Shown: one piece after another, positions 18,428-28,452 of the stretch | Layout of the letters: each line of letters starts with the position of its first letter | How positions within the stretch are numbered: position 1 is the first letter of the stretch | Origin: Planctomycetota bacterium | GTDB lineage: Bacteria > Planctomycetota > UBA1135 > UBA2386 | Assembly (NCBI GenBank): GCA_965223545.1 | Contig: OZ245006.1 | Span: forward strand, 6,112,001 to 6,176,000 | DNA length: 64,000 nucleotides | Direction: 5' to 3' | Program-made: the position numbers and the translations under genes | Notes under the pieces: generated by a model | Seen by the model: only the letters and a program-made list of their open reading frames with translations | Database searches by the model: none | What the model was told of the DNA's origin: nothing

Positions 18428-20767
18428 GTGATGCAGAACGACGAGCGGCGGGATTGGTTGCGGCAGCTGGCGGTGACACTGGCGCGGGGCGCGAGCGATG
18501 AAGTTGGCCAGCGGGTTTGGTTGACCGCTCTCGAGCAGGGGCGGTCCGGGGTGGCGCGGCCCGCGGCCTGGTGGCGCGGGGTGGCGCGCAATCATGCGCG
18601 CCGGGTCCGGCGGGAGCGGTTGCGTCGCAGCGCGCGCGAGCGCGCCGCGGCGGTCGCTGCGAGCAGTCCGTCGGCGCTGGCGGTGGTCGAACGCGACGAG
18701 GTCGCCGGTCGGTTGGCGGCGGCCGTGCGTTCGCTGGATGAGCCGTATCGCGTCGTCGTTGAGGCGCGCTTCTTCGAGGGGCTGGCTCCGCGGAGCATCG
18801 CCGCGCGGCTCGGGGTGCCGGTGGAGACCGTGCGCACCCGGCTCAAGCGAGCGCTGGCGCAGCTGCGCGCTCGGCTCGATCGCGCTCCCGGTGGCCGTGA
18901 GGCTTGGCTTGCCGCGGTGGCGTGGTCGGCACGCCGTAGCAGGGTCGCCGGGTCGGCGCGTCTGGTGGCAGCCTCCACGGTGGCGGGTGGCGCGGCGCTG
19001 GCGTACTTGGCCGGTGTGGTGGCGGCGCCGGAGCCGCAGTGGGGCCCGGCGGCGGTGGAGAAGGCGGCCGAGGCGCAGGTGGCGGCGCCCATGAATGCCG
19101 CCACTGCCGATCGCGAGCCAGTCTCGGTCCGCGCGCGGCGTCGCGCCGTCACGGCGCACGCTGCAGGTGTGTTCGACGCGGGCGCCGGCACCGGGACGCA
19201 CGTCACAGCGACCACCGTTCTCGAGCACGCGGCCGCGGTGGCGACGGCCGCGGTCATGCGCGACCTCGCGGTCGCCCAGCGAGCCGTCGTCGCGCGGACG
19301 GCGATCGACGAAGACGGTGATCGGATTGGCGAGTTTGCCTACCTCGCCGAGCTGCTCGGCGGAGGTCGCGTGGCGGACGGCCGCCGGCCGGCATTGCGGC
19401 ACGCACTTGGGCCGGTGCGCGAGGGCGTCAGCATCTACGGCGACTACTGCGTCCGCGTTTGGCTGCCGGGTGTCGATGCGCGGCCACTTGCCGAGGCCGC
19501 GGAGGGCGGGGTTGGCTACGAGGCGCCGGTGCCCGACCTTGCCGAGCAATGGTGGTGCGCCTATGCCTGGCCGCGCAGCCCGAAGATCGGCGGCGCGGTC
19601 CTGTTCATCAACCAAGACGGGCAGCTGTTGGCGACGCCGAACGCCAACCGGCGCTACGCCGGTCTCGGACGGGGGCCGCGGCCCGAGGCTGCCTATGCCT
19701 GGGGTGCGCGTGGCATCGACCGTGGCACCGCAGTGCGGGCAATCGACGGGCGCAGCGTCGACGGTGAGCGGTGGTTGCCGGTGCACGTGGGGCAGCGAGA
19801 CTTGGTGCTGCACGTGCGCAGAGCCGATGGTGCGGTCGCCGGTGATGTGCGGGTCACTGTGGCGCCACCGCAGGCGGCACGGGTGTTCGGCGACGCGGAG
19901 GTGGCGCGCCTGCGCGCGCACCGGGACGACATCGCCGCCTTGGCGCAGAGTGGTTGCCGGCTGCCGTTGGCGTCCGGCGTGACCGGCGTCGACGGCAGCG
20001 TGCGGTTGCGTGGTGCCCCGGTGGTCGACGCCGTGATCGTCTTGACCACGCGTCTGGGCGGCGTCGTTCCGGCGCGAATCGAGATGAAGGATGGCGCGCT
20101 CATCGCGCACCTCGCCGCCGACGTGGCGGACGTCGCGGCCGCGCGTCGCGATGCAAACGAGGCCGCGGCGATCGCCACGCTGCGCAACTTGGCTTCCGCG
20201 CAGGCGCAGTGCCGCGCATCGGGGGCATTGGACACCGACGGCGACGGCAAAGGGGAGTTCGGCTACCTGGCGGAGATGGCGGGGAGTGCGCAGCGCCACG
20301 GGCGCGGTGGAGTTCTGCTGCAGCGGATCTCGCCGCCGTTCTTGTCGGCCGGCTTCGCTGCCTTCGATCCCGAGCAACCCGCCGCGATCGGCGTGCAGCG
20401 CAGCGGCTATTGCTTTGCGGTTTTCTTGCCCGATGCGTTCGGCCTGCCGCTCGCCGAGGCGAGTGCCGGCGGCTGTGGCGGGGTGGTTCCTGATGCCGCC
20501 GCCGGCGCGCGGTGGTGGTGTGCCTATGCCTGGCCGGTCTCGCTGGACCGCAGCGGCGGCCGCACGTTCTTCATCGATCAGGAAGGCGACGTGCTCGCCG
20601 CCGACAACGCGCGCACGCGGTACAGCGGTTGGCTGCGTCCACCGGCGCCCGATGCGGCCCGCGCCGCCGATGGCGACGGGCGGCTCTCGTCGCCTTCGGC
20701 GGTGCAGGCGGCGGCAGGGGCGGAGGCACCCGGTCGCGACCGCCAGCTTTGGCGGCCGGCCTTCTAG
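18428..20767 (+). CDS. ECF sigma factor fused to two pilin-like globular domains
   Basis: N-terminal region 2-like WWRGVARN and region 4 (IAARLGVPVETVRTRLKRAL); duplicated D.DGD..GEF.YLAE...WWCAYAWP....GG...FI.Q.G modules. Confidence 0.7.
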   Translation: MMQNDERRDWLRQLAVTLARGASDEVGQRVWLTALEQGRSGVARPAAWWRGVARNHARRVRRERLRRSARERAAAVAASSPSALAVVERDEVAGRLAAAVRSLDEPYRVVVEARFFEGLAPRSIAARLGVPVETVRTRLKRALAQLRARLDRAPGGREAWLAAVAWSARRSRVAGSARLVAASTVAGGAALAYLAGVVAAPEPQWGPAAVEKAAEAQVAAPMNAATADREPVSVRARRRAVTAHAAGVFDAGAGTGTHVTATTVLEHAAAVATAAVMRDLAVAQRAVVARTAIDEDGDRIGEFAYLAELLGGGRVADGRRPALRHALGPVREGVSIYGDYCVRVWLPGVDARPLAEAAEGGVGYEAPVPDLAEQWWCAYAWPRSPKIGGAVLFINQDGQLLATPNANRRYAGLGRGPRPEAAYAWGARGIDRGTAVRAIDGRSVDGERWLPVHVGQRDLVLHVRRADGAVAGDVRVTVAPPQAARVFGDAEVARLRAHRDDIAALAQSGCRLPLASGVTGVDGSVRLRGAPVVDAVIVLTTRLGGVVPARIEMKDGALIAHLAADVADVAAARRDANEAAAIATLRNLASAQAQCRASGALDTDGDGKGEFGYLAEMAGSAQRHGRGGVLLQRISPPFLSAGFAAFDPEQPAAIGVQRSGYCFAVFLPDAFGLPLAEASAGGCGGVVPDAAAGARWWCAYAWPVSLDRSGGRTFFIDQEGDVLAADNARTRYSGWLRPPAPDAARAADGDGRLSSPSAVQAAAGAEAPGRDRQLWRPAF

Positions 20768-20854
20768 CCCCGCTCCGCTCTGCCAGCGGCCGCTCCGCTG
20801 AGAAAATCCATCGGGCGGGGGGACAACGATGGCGTCCCGGGTCCAATAGGGGCG

Positions 20855-22237
20855 ATGCAGCGCTCGATCGCCTGGTTGCTCCCCCTGTGCGGTGGGGGCA
20901 TCGCCGCCGCGGCCGGTGGCCAAGTCGACTGGCTTCGCGCCGCGCCGCCGATGGAGCCGTCGGCGCGCTGTTGTACGGAGATGACGTTCGATGCCGCCCG
21001 AGGGAGGGCGGTGATCTTCGGTGGCTTCGATCCGCTGCGCGGCTTCTTGGCGGAGACGTGGGAATGGGATGGGAGTGCTTGGACATTGCCGTCCACGGCG
21101 GGGCCTTCGGCGCGCGATTCCCATGGCCTTGTCTACGACGCCGCGTTGGGGGCGACCGTTCTGTTCGGTGGCGGCCGCGACGGCGCGCCGTTCGGCGACA
21201 CCTGGACCTGGGACGGCAGCACGTGGCGGCAGCTGGGTGGCGTCGGCCCGCCCGGGCGCCGAGCGTTTGCCATGGCATACGATTCGAGCCGGGGCGAGGT
21301 CGTTCTGTTCGGTGGAGCGGCGAGTGGCTTGCTCGGCGATACCTGGGTGCTGCGGAGTGGGCAGTGGATGGCGCGCGCGCCGTCCGGCGCTCCGTCGCCG
21401 CGGGCTGGCTGCGTCATGGCCTACGACGCTTGGCGCGATCGCGTCGTGCTGTTTGGCGGTGGCCGGGTCTTGTCGCGCTCCTATCTGGGTGACACGTGGG
21501 AATGGGACGGCACCGATTGGACCCAGCGATCGCCGGCGAACGCACCGTCTCCGCGCGGCCGCCACGCGATGGCTTGGGATGCGGCCCGCGGCCGCGTCGT
21601 GCTGTTCGGCGGTGAGGACGATTCTGTGCGCTACGCCGACGTTTGGGAGTGGGACGGAACGGACTGGCAGCAGCGCGTTCCTTCGCGATCGCCGCCGGCG
21701 CGCCGCACGCACGCGGTGGCCTACGACAGCTGGCGCGAGCAGGTGGTCATGTTCGGCGGTGTGTCGTCAGCCGGTTTCTTCGGCGACACGTGGGTGTATG
21801 CGCCGTTGACGCCGGCGCAGCACCAGACGTTTGGCACTGGCTGCGTGGGCAGCGCCGGGGTCGTGTCTCTTGTTCCGGACCCGAGGGCGCGCCCGTGGAT
21901 TGGCGATACGTTCCGGGTGCGGGTCGCGGGGGCGCCCGTGAGCGGTCTCTCGGTGATGTCCATCGGCAGCTCGACCACGAGCTGGCGTGGCCTCGTGCTG
22001 CCCGCCGACCTGGGCGCGCTGTTGGGCATGCGGAGTTGCACGCTCTACACCGGCCTCGACCTCGTCCTACCGTTGGTCCGAAGCCAAGGCGTGCCGACGC
22101 TTGCGGTTGCGGTTCCGAACGCCGCCGGCTTGGTCGGGGCGCAGCTGCACAATCAGGCCTTCACCGCGGATCCCGCGGCGAATCCTGCGGGCGTGACCGC
22201 CTCGGACGGAGGCACCGCGCGGATCGGCGCGCGTTGA
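20855..22237 (+). CDS. Secreted Kelch-repeat beta-propeller protein with C-terminal beta domain
   Basis: Signal peptide; six repeats of PxxR..MAYD..R..VVLFGG...DTWEWDG; C-terminal FGTGC... domain. Confidence 0.85.
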   Translation: MQRSIAWLLPLCGGGIAAAAGGQVDWLRAAPPMEPSARCCTEMTFDAARGRAVIFGGFDPLRGFLAETWEWDGSAWTLPSTAGPSARDSHGLVYDAALGATVLFGGGRDGAPFGDTWTWDGSTWRQLGGVGPPGRRAFAMAYDSSRGEVVLFGGAASGLLGDTWVLRSGQWMARAPSGAPSPRAGCVMAYDAWRDRVVLFGGGRVLSRSYLGDTWEWDGTDWTQRSPANAPSPRGRHAMAWDAARGRVVLFGGEDDSVRYADVWEWDGTDWQQRVPSRSPPARRTHAVAYDSWREQVVMFGGVSSAGFFGDTWVYAPLTPAQHQTFGTGCVGSAGVVSLVPDPRARPWIGDTFRVRVAGAPVSGLSVMSIGSSTTSWRGLVLPADLGALLGMRSCTLYTGLDLVLPLVRSQGVPTLAVAVPNAAGLVGAQLHNQAFTADPAANPAGVTASDGGTARIGAR

Positions 22238-22252
22238 CGCCGCCGCGTGCGC

Positions 22253-23431
22253 TCACTTGCCTGGAACGAACGGTTGCCAGCTGTACGGCAGCCTGAAGGC
22301 GCGGTAGATCGCCGGGCCGACCCTGCCATTGGCGACACCGATGGCAGCCTCGAACGGCGACATGTACTCCCACACGATGACGCCGTTGGAGTCGATCTCG
22401 AACAGGCGTCCGCGCACGGCCGAGTTGATCAACGTGTTGCCGTTGGGCAGGCGGCGCGCGTTGCCCATCACGGCGGAGTAGAACAACATGCTGAAGCGCC
22501 CGCTGTTGGCGGCGTCGTACGCCCACGCGGTTTGCTTGAGGTTGGCGTCGATCTCGATCACCCGGGAGAACGACGGCGAGAACGGCGTGTTCATCGGGAA
22601 GCCGCCGCCGGCTCCGTTGTCGAAGACCAGGATGCGGCCGGCGCCTGGCAGGTCGGGTGGCAGCATCAGCGGGGCGTGCTGGCCGAATGTCTGGTTGTTG
22701 TCGGGGCCGATCTTCCACACCACCACGCCGGTCTGCTTGTCGACGATGAAGATGATGTTGGTGTTGCGATGGCTGAGCAGCAGATTGCCCCGCCGGAGGG
22801 CGGGATCGGAGTGCTGGTTTGCGGGAAGCTCGGACACCGAGTTGGTGTGGGCCCAGTCGCCGCCGAGGCTCGCGATCAGCTGTTGTGACTGCGCGGAGAA
22901 GCCGAACTCCGCGAAGTGCGCCGACGTGTACCAGGTCCACACGGTCTGCCCGGCAGGATCGACCTCGAGCAGGAAGTCGTCCGCGATGGGCTGGGGCGAG
23001 ATTGCGGGCACGGTGGTGCGGACCGCGCAAAGGAGCATCGTGTTTCCGTTGCGCAGTCGCCGCACATCGTGGTGCTGAAAGCCCAACGACGCCGGCAGCG
23101 TGTACGACCAGACCACGTCCCCGCTCCAATCCAGCTCGAAGATGCGCTGGGAGCCGCGTTGCGACGGCGTCTTCGACGCCGCGAGGATGTGGCCGTTGCG
23201 CAGCGGACTCGCGGTGACCAACATCTCGCCGGCGATCGGGCTGCGCCACCGGTTGATCACTCGACCGAACATGTCGATCAGCATGATCTCGCCGGTCGGG
23301 GCCTCGAACATCGTGAACCCGTCGTCGGTCCGAGACTGGTCCCAGATGGTGGTTCCGGTCGGATAGACGGACTGGGCCGCGGCCGACAGGGTCAGCAGCG
23401 CACCGGCGATCGTGATGCGGTTTCCAAGCAT
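22253..23431 (-). CDS. Arylsulfotransferase (ASST)-like secreted protein
   Basis: SVYPTGTTI, QHHD, DWAHTNS, GQH, ILVFDNG, SRVIEID, RLPNGNTLI, YRA. Confidence 0.85.
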   Translation of the reverse strand: MLGNRITIAGALLTLSAAAQSVYPTGTTIWDQSRTDDGFTMFEAPTGEIMLIDMFGRVINRWRSPIAGEMLVTASPLRNGHILAASKTPSQRGSQRIFELDWSGDVVWSYTLPASLGFQHHDVRRLRNGNTMLLCAVRTTVPAISPQPIADDFLLEVDPAGQTVWTWYTSAHFAEFGFSAQSQQLIASLGGDWAHTNSVSELPANQHSDPALRRGNLLLSHRNTNIIFIVDKQTGVVVWKIGPDNNQTFGQHAPLMLPPDLPGAGRILVFDNGAGGGFPMNTPFSPSFSRVIEIDANLKQTAWAYDAANSGRFSMLFYSAVMGNARRLPNGNTLINSAVRGRLFEIDSNGVIVWEYMSPFEAAIGVANGRVGPAIYRAFRLPYSWQPFVPGK

Positions 23432-23532
23432 GGCGAGGTGGGCAGGCGAGGTGGGCTGGCCGTGGCTTCACGGTAGCGTGGTCGGTGCGGCCGTGCAGCC
23501 GGGGGGAGGCGGCAAATCGCCGCGCCTCGCTT

Positions 23533-24837
23533 TCACCCGCCGCGCACCAGCCGGAGGCGGTGTGGATCGGCCCATGGCTGCGGCAACACCGGAAACCGCC
23601 GCGGCATCCCCAAATGCCCTGACAGGGCACTCCAGAGGACCGCGCGGTAGTCCACGGTCGACGGCAGCGCGTCGAGGGCGAGCTCCGCGTCGCCGAGGTC
23701 CGGTCCGTGCTGGCCCGCGACCACCCGTCCGCCCGCGGCCAGCACCACGCCGCCATCGCCGTGGTCGGTGCCGCCGGCGGCGTTCGGTTGGATCTTGCGC
23801 CCGAACTCCGAGGTGACGATCACCAGTACCCGCTGCCACAGACCGATCGCGCGCAGGTCGTCGGCAAACGCGGTGAGCGCGGCGTCGAACTCGGCCAGGC
23901 GCGCGGCGTGCCGGCCGGCGGTCGTGCCCTGGCCCGAGTGCGTGTCGAACCCGCTCATCGAAGTCAGCACGACGCGCGTCGTCGGACTCGCGGCCAGCAG
24001 CACGGCCGCGTCCGCCAGCGACTTGCCGATCTCGGTGCCGGGGTATGCCGCCGCGTTGCCGGGGTACTGGGCCAGCGCGGCCTGGACGCGTGGCAGCATG
24101 CTCCACGCGGTGCGCACCCGTTGCCGCGCCGCCCCGGCCAGCGGTGGGCCCGGTCGGTTCAACATTGTCTGCACGGTCTGCAGGCGGTGCTCGTGGTTCG
24201 CCCAGTAGCCGGGATCGACGTAGAGGGCGTAGTTGGCCAGCCGCGAGGCCTGCACCAGCGGCGTTCGACCACCCATGAAGGCGACGCTGCGGCCGTTGCC
24301 GATGCGCACGGCGCCGAGCGGGTGTGCCGCATAGTTGTCGGCGTAGCGCGCGATCCACCCGCTGCGGGCGACGCCGGGCACCTGGCCGGGACCGGCGATC
24401 GCCCGGTGCCAGGCATCCTGGCTGAGGAAGTGGCTGAAGGTGGCGTTCGGCACGCCGACCTTGTGCACGAACGCGAGCTCCCCTCGGTTCCACAACCTAT
24501 GCAGACCGGGCAGCGCCGGGTGGAGTCCGTAGCGGCGGGTCGGTGCCGGCCCTCCCGTCAGCGGCAAGCAGGCGCTGGCGGGCAACGCCAGCGTGCCGCG
24601 CCGGCTCGCGTAGCTCGGCAGTTGCAGTGGCACTACGGTGTTGAGCGCGTCGTTGCCGCCCCCGAGCTCGATCACCACGAGCGTGGTGGCCGCGGGTCGC
24701 TCGGCGCGCGCAATGGCGCGCGGCGCCACCGCGGAGAGCGCAGTGGCGCCACCGAGGGCGGCGCCGCCGCGCAACAGCTGGCGCCGGGTGAGTCGCGCCG
24801 CCGGGGTGGCCGTGCGAGATGCATCAGAGGTCTTCAT
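23533..24837 (-). CDS. DUF1501 family protein with Tat signal
   Basis: TRRQLL Tat motif, LGGGNDALNTVVP, GLHP, SHF, GFDTH, SEFGR, GTDHG. Confidence 0.9.
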   Translation of the reverse strand: MKTSDASRTATPAARLTRRQLLRGGAALGGATALSAVAPRAIARAERPAATTLVVIELGGGNDALNTVVPLQLPSYASRRGTLALPASACLPLTGGPAPTRRYGLHPALPGLHRLWNRGELAFVHKVGVPNATFSHFLSQDAWHRAIAGPGQVPGVARSGWIARYADNYAAHPLGAVRIGNGRSVAFMGGRTPLVQASRLANYALYVDPGYWANHEHRLQTVQTMLNRPGPPLAGAARQRVRTAWSMLPRVQAALAQYPGNAAAYPGTEIGKSLADAAVLLAASPTTRVVLTSMSGFDTHSGQGTTAGRHAARLAEFDAALTAFADDLRAIGLWQRVLVIVTSEFGRKIQPNAAGGTDHGDGGVVLAAGGRVVAGQHGPDLGDAELALDALPSTVDYRAVLWSALSGHLGMPRRFPVLPQPWADPHRLRLVRGG

Positions 24838-26348
24838 CGCAGTAGGAAGGTGGGGTGTTGGCCGAGGATGTAGACCAGCCCGCGCAGGCGCTCCTCGAGG
24901 TGCAGCGTGCTCCCTGGGTTGAACGGGCTCGGCACGACCTCACCGGTCGTCTGCCGCTCGGTGTCCAGATAGGTCACGCAGTCGGCGTGCTCGGCCGGCA
25001 TCAGCTCGACCCGCAGTCGCCAAGTCAGGTGGTCGACCACTTCTTGCGAGGTCGCCGTCGGCGAGGGCAGCAACGACGCCAACTCGTAGCCGTAGCCGGC
25101 CTGGTGCGTGCGTGCCGAGATCAGGTCGCGCAGCAGGTTGATCGAGGCGATCACCGTGTGCGAGGCGAGCCAGGCCCCGCCGACCGGCCACCCCTCGATG
25201 CTCGGGCATTGCGTCGGTGACTGCCCGGCGAGGCGCAGCCCGGTGCGCAGGTCATCCATGGCCATGCGCATGCCGGTGGCGCGCTGCGCACCCATGATCC
25301 ACTCGAGCGGCCCGCGCACGGTGCTGTGCCGCGCCGTCGCGCTGTAGAACGCCTGCGACAGGAACAAGGTGCGCAGCACTGGCCGCAGCTCGAAGCCCGA
25401 CGCGCGCATCAGCGCGGCGAGCTCGTCGACGAGCGCGGTCGGTGGGTTGGGCCAGCAGAAATGCTCGAGCAACTTGGTACTGATCCACTCGGCCGCCGGA
25501 CGGCGCGCCAGGGTGATGTCGATGACCTCGTCGAAGTCGTCCTCGAGGGCGGTGCCCGGGATGGTGACTCCGAAGATGACCTTGTCGCCCTCATCCTTCC
25601 GCTTGGGCTCGAACACCACGTACGGCACCCCGGTCACGCGGTTGATCCGGTAGTCGTAGCCGGTGAATGCGCGCGCGGCTTCGTCGATGTCGGCCTCGGA
25701 GTAGCCGCCGTTGGCGCCCAGTGAGTAGAGCTCCCAGAACTCCCGGGCGAAGTTCTCGTTCGGCGCTTGCCACCGGTTGCTGATCCCGTCGAGCACCAGC
25801 AGGGTGACCCAGTCGCGCGCCATGTCGAGCAGCAGATCGCGGACGTTGCCGAAGGCGTGCCGCCGCAGCAAGTCGACGTGCGGCAGCATCCAGGACAGCG
25901 CCGAGGGAGCCACTGCATCCTGGGACATCCCGAAGTGATCCTCCCAAAACAGGGCGAGGATCTCCTGGGTCGGGTTGGGGTTGTCCTCGATCAGCCGCAG
26001 GCGCCAGTCGACCAGCTCCGACCAGACCGGCTGTTGTGGATTGTTGATCAGCGCACGGGCGCGCTGCTCGAAGGGTTGGCTGCCGATCGGCGCGTGCCGC
26101 AGGATGCGGTCGACGAACGCGGGCACGCCGTCGCGCTGCAACTCCTCGTACTCGGCAGGGGTGACGGCGAACCGCGTGCGCACCAAGAGATGACGCAAGT
26201 CGTCGTCAGTGAACGACGTCTGTGGGGCGAGCGTCGGTTGAGTCGTGCTCGCGGACAGATGAGGTGGGAGGGGAACCGCAGTGCGATCGCAGCTGGCCAA
26301 AGCCCAAGCTGCTCCGAGCAGAGCGCCGATGGGAGCGAGGTAACGCAT
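24834..26348 (-). CDS. DUF1800 family protein, probable lipoprotein
   Basis: LFWEDHF, PNENFAREFWELYSLG, YSEADIDEAARAFTG, GWP; canonical pairing with DUF1501 (4-nt overlap); lipobox-like LASC. Confidence 0.9.
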   Translation of the reverse strand: MRYLAPIGALLGAAWALASCDRTAVPLPPHLSASTTQPTLAPQTSFTDDDLRHLLVRTRFAVTPAEYEELQRDGVPAFVDRILRHAPIGSQPFEQRARALINNPQQPVWSELVDWRLRLIEDNPNPTQEILALFWEDHFGMSQDAVAPSALSWMLPHVDLLRRHAFGNVRDLLLDMARDWVTLLVLDGISNRWQAPNENFAREFWELYSLGANGGYSEADIDEAARAFTGYDYRINRVTGVPYVVFEPKRKDEGDKVIFGVTIPGTALEDDFDEVIDITLARRPAAEWISTKLLEHFCWPNPPTALVDELAALMRASGFELRPVLRTLFLSQAFYSATARHSTVRGPLEWIMGAQRATGMRMAMDDLRTGLRLAGQSPTQCPSIEGWPVGGAWLASHTVIASINLLRDLISARTHQAGYGYELASLLPSPTATSQEVVDHLTWRLRVELMPAEHADCVTYLDTERQTTGEVVPSPFNPGSTLHLEERLRGLVYILGQHPTFLLR

Positions 26349-26465
26349 GGGAAGCGCGGGGCAGCACTTCTCCGACCGATGGCGCGGTCTCGCTGTTAGC
26401 CGCGCGCTCGCTTTCCGCGCGACTTCTCGTGTGCGCAACTTTGCACACGCACGGTCGCGCGCGCT

Positions 26466-28178
26466 CTACAGCACCGAGTGTTCTCGGTCGACGGTCAGCG
26501 CGATGCGGAAGCCGATGTCGGCGGCGGTGTGTGTCGCGGGCGCGTAGTGCCGCTTGGAGATGCGGCAGCTCCAGGACGGTGCGCGCCACGAGCCGCCGCG
26601 CAGCACGCGCTCGGCACTGCCCTCGCGCTGTATCGGGTCGTTCTCCGCGCCGTTGCGGTAGGCGTCGCGCACGTACACGTCCTCGCACCACTCCCAGACG
26701 TTGCCGGCCATGTCCTGCAGGCCCCAGCGGTTGCGCGGCGCGTTGCCCGGCGCGCTGGTGGTGCGACCGGCGGGACGCAGGCGGGCGAAGTTCGCGGTGT
26801 CCCGGCCGAAGTTCTCGATCGGAAAGATGCCCGACCAGCCGGCGCGCGCCGCGTACTCCCACTCGGCCTCGCTCGGTAGGCGGGCCCCCAGCTTGGCCGC
26901 AAACGCCCGGGCATCGAGCCAGCGCACGCGATCGACGGGCAGCTCGGGCCGGCGGTGATGACTCGGATTGGTGGGCATCACGGCGCGCCACTGGGCCTGC
27001 GTGATCGGCGTCGTCGACAGATAGAAGGGGCGGGTGATGTGGATCTCGCGGATCGGCTGCTCGTCGAGTTCGCCGACGACCGAACCGCGCAGGAAGCGGC
27101 CCGCCGGGATCAGGCGCAGCTCGACGCCGCTGTTGGCGTGGATGAGGATCGTCGCGAGCCCATTTCGGATCGAAGCGTCCGGCGCGATGCGATAGCCGCG
27201 CGGCAGCCAGTAGCGTGGTTCGGCCGCGACGCGCGGGCGCGGGGTCGGCCTCGCCGGACTACCGCGGCGGCGCGCCGTGCTGCTCGAGGTGCGCTGCGGC
27301 ACCGGAGCGACCACTGCGCCGCGCGGCGCGCTACGGCGAATGCGCGCGATCAAGCTCTTTGGCGGCGCGTCGGGCGCCAGCGCGGCGAGCGATTCCAGCA
27401 GCGCGCGGCCGTCGCGCGGCCGGCGGCCCGGGTCGGCGGCGACGCAGCGGGCGGTCAGCTGCAGGACGCGTGGATCGACGTCCTCTTCGCGAAGCTGGGA
27501 GAGCTCGGCCCGCATGCTGGAAGGGCGTGGCCCGGCGCCGGGTCGCCGGCCGGTCAACATCTGCAGCAGGAGTCGGCCCAGCGCAAACACGTCGACGGTG
27601 CTGCCTGCTTCGGGAGCGCGGCCGAAGCGAGCGGGCGGCGCGTAGAGCGCGGCGGGACCGGTCGCGGGCCGCGCCCTGCCGGGTGCACCGAAGTCGTTGA
27701 GCAACACGCCGCCGCGGCGGTGCAGCAGCAGGTTGCCCGGTTCGAGGTTGCGGTGCACCACGCCCTTGGCGTGCGCGGCGAACAGTCCCGCCGCCGCCTG
27801 TCGCGCGATCCACAGCGCCTCCGCGGTGCGCAGACCACCGGGGGCGGTGCGCAGCAGACGGTCGAGGTCGATGCCGGGGACGAACGCGGTGACGAGATAA
27901 TGAAGGTCGCCGCGGCGGCCGACCTCGTGCACGCGGATCACGTTGGGATGTTCGATGCGCGCCGCGTGGCGCGCGCCGCCGACGAAGCGTGCGACGGCGG
28001 CCGCATCCCGAATCAGCTCGGGATGCAGCACCTTGACGGCCACTTGGAGGTCGAGGTCGCGGAGATGACCTCGATAGACCGTGCCCAGGGCGCCGCGCGC
28101 CACGGGCGCGCCCCAGGTGATGCGCCGTGCGGCGCGATGATGGCTGGACGGCGAACTCACGTTTGGTGCAGTGGTCAA
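26466..28178 (-). CDS. Ser/Thr kinase-like (probable pseudokinase) plus FGE-sulfatase domain protein
   Basis: VAVKVL, HPNVI, HRNLEPGN, DFG; C-terminal RLPSEAEWEYAARAG, MAGNVWEWC, RGGSW, GFR. Start uncertain. Confidence 0.8.
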   Translation of the reverse strand: MTTAPNVSSPSSHHRAARRITWGAPVARGALGTVYRGHLRDLDLQVAVKVLHPELIRDAAAVARFVGGARHAARIEHPNVIRVHEVGRRGDLHYLVTAFVPGIDLDRLLRTAPGGLRTAEALWIARQAAAGLFAAHAKGVVHRNLEPGNLLLHRRGGVLLNDFGAPGRARPATGPAALYAPPARFGRAPEAGSTVDVFALGRLLLQMLTGRRPGAGPRPSSMRAELSQLREEDVDPRVLQLTARCVAADPGRRPRDGRALLESLAALAPDAPPKSLIARIRRSAPRGAVVAPVPQRTSSSTARRRGSPARPTPRPRVAAEPRYWLPRGYRIAPDASIRNGLATILIHANSGVELRLIPAGRFLRGSVVGELDEQPIREIHITRPFYLSTTPITQAQWRAVMPTNPSHHRRPELPVDRVRWLDARAFAAKLGARLPSEAEWEYAARAGWSGIFPIENFGRDTANFARLRPAGRTTSAPGNAPRNRWGLQDMAGNVWEWCEDVYVRDAYRNGAENDPIQREGSAERVLRGGSWRAPSWSCRISKRHYAPATHTAADIGFRIALTVDREHSVL

Positions 28179-28452
28179 GGCAGGGCGTCGAGCGAAAGGT
28201 GTTCACTCGAGTCTAGTACGCCCCCGCGCACCGGGGCTTCTCACTGCGATACGGAGTTGGGCGCCACGCGGCCTCGATTCGAGACGCCGGCGCCATGGGC
28301 GCGTGCGGCGCGCCACCGGCAAAAGAGCGGAACCTGCCGGCCCGCGGGGTCGACAGGATCAACCGCCACGCGCCGGCCGGTCCCGCGAGAGGGCAGGCAC
28401 GTTGGTCAAGACGCGGGAGCCGGCGCGGTCATGACATCAAGCACCCGGCAAT

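Noticed and set aside
17798..21712. 1304-aa minus-strand ORF, and similar long ORFs such as 54180-57593 (+) and 40458-43298 (-)
   Set aside because: These are Arg/Pro/Ala-rich shadow frames antisense to well-supported genes, as expected at this GC content.
23533..26348. DUF1800-DUF1501 pair as a new system
   Set aside because: This is a widespread, well-known gene pair, and nothing in this copy looks unusual.
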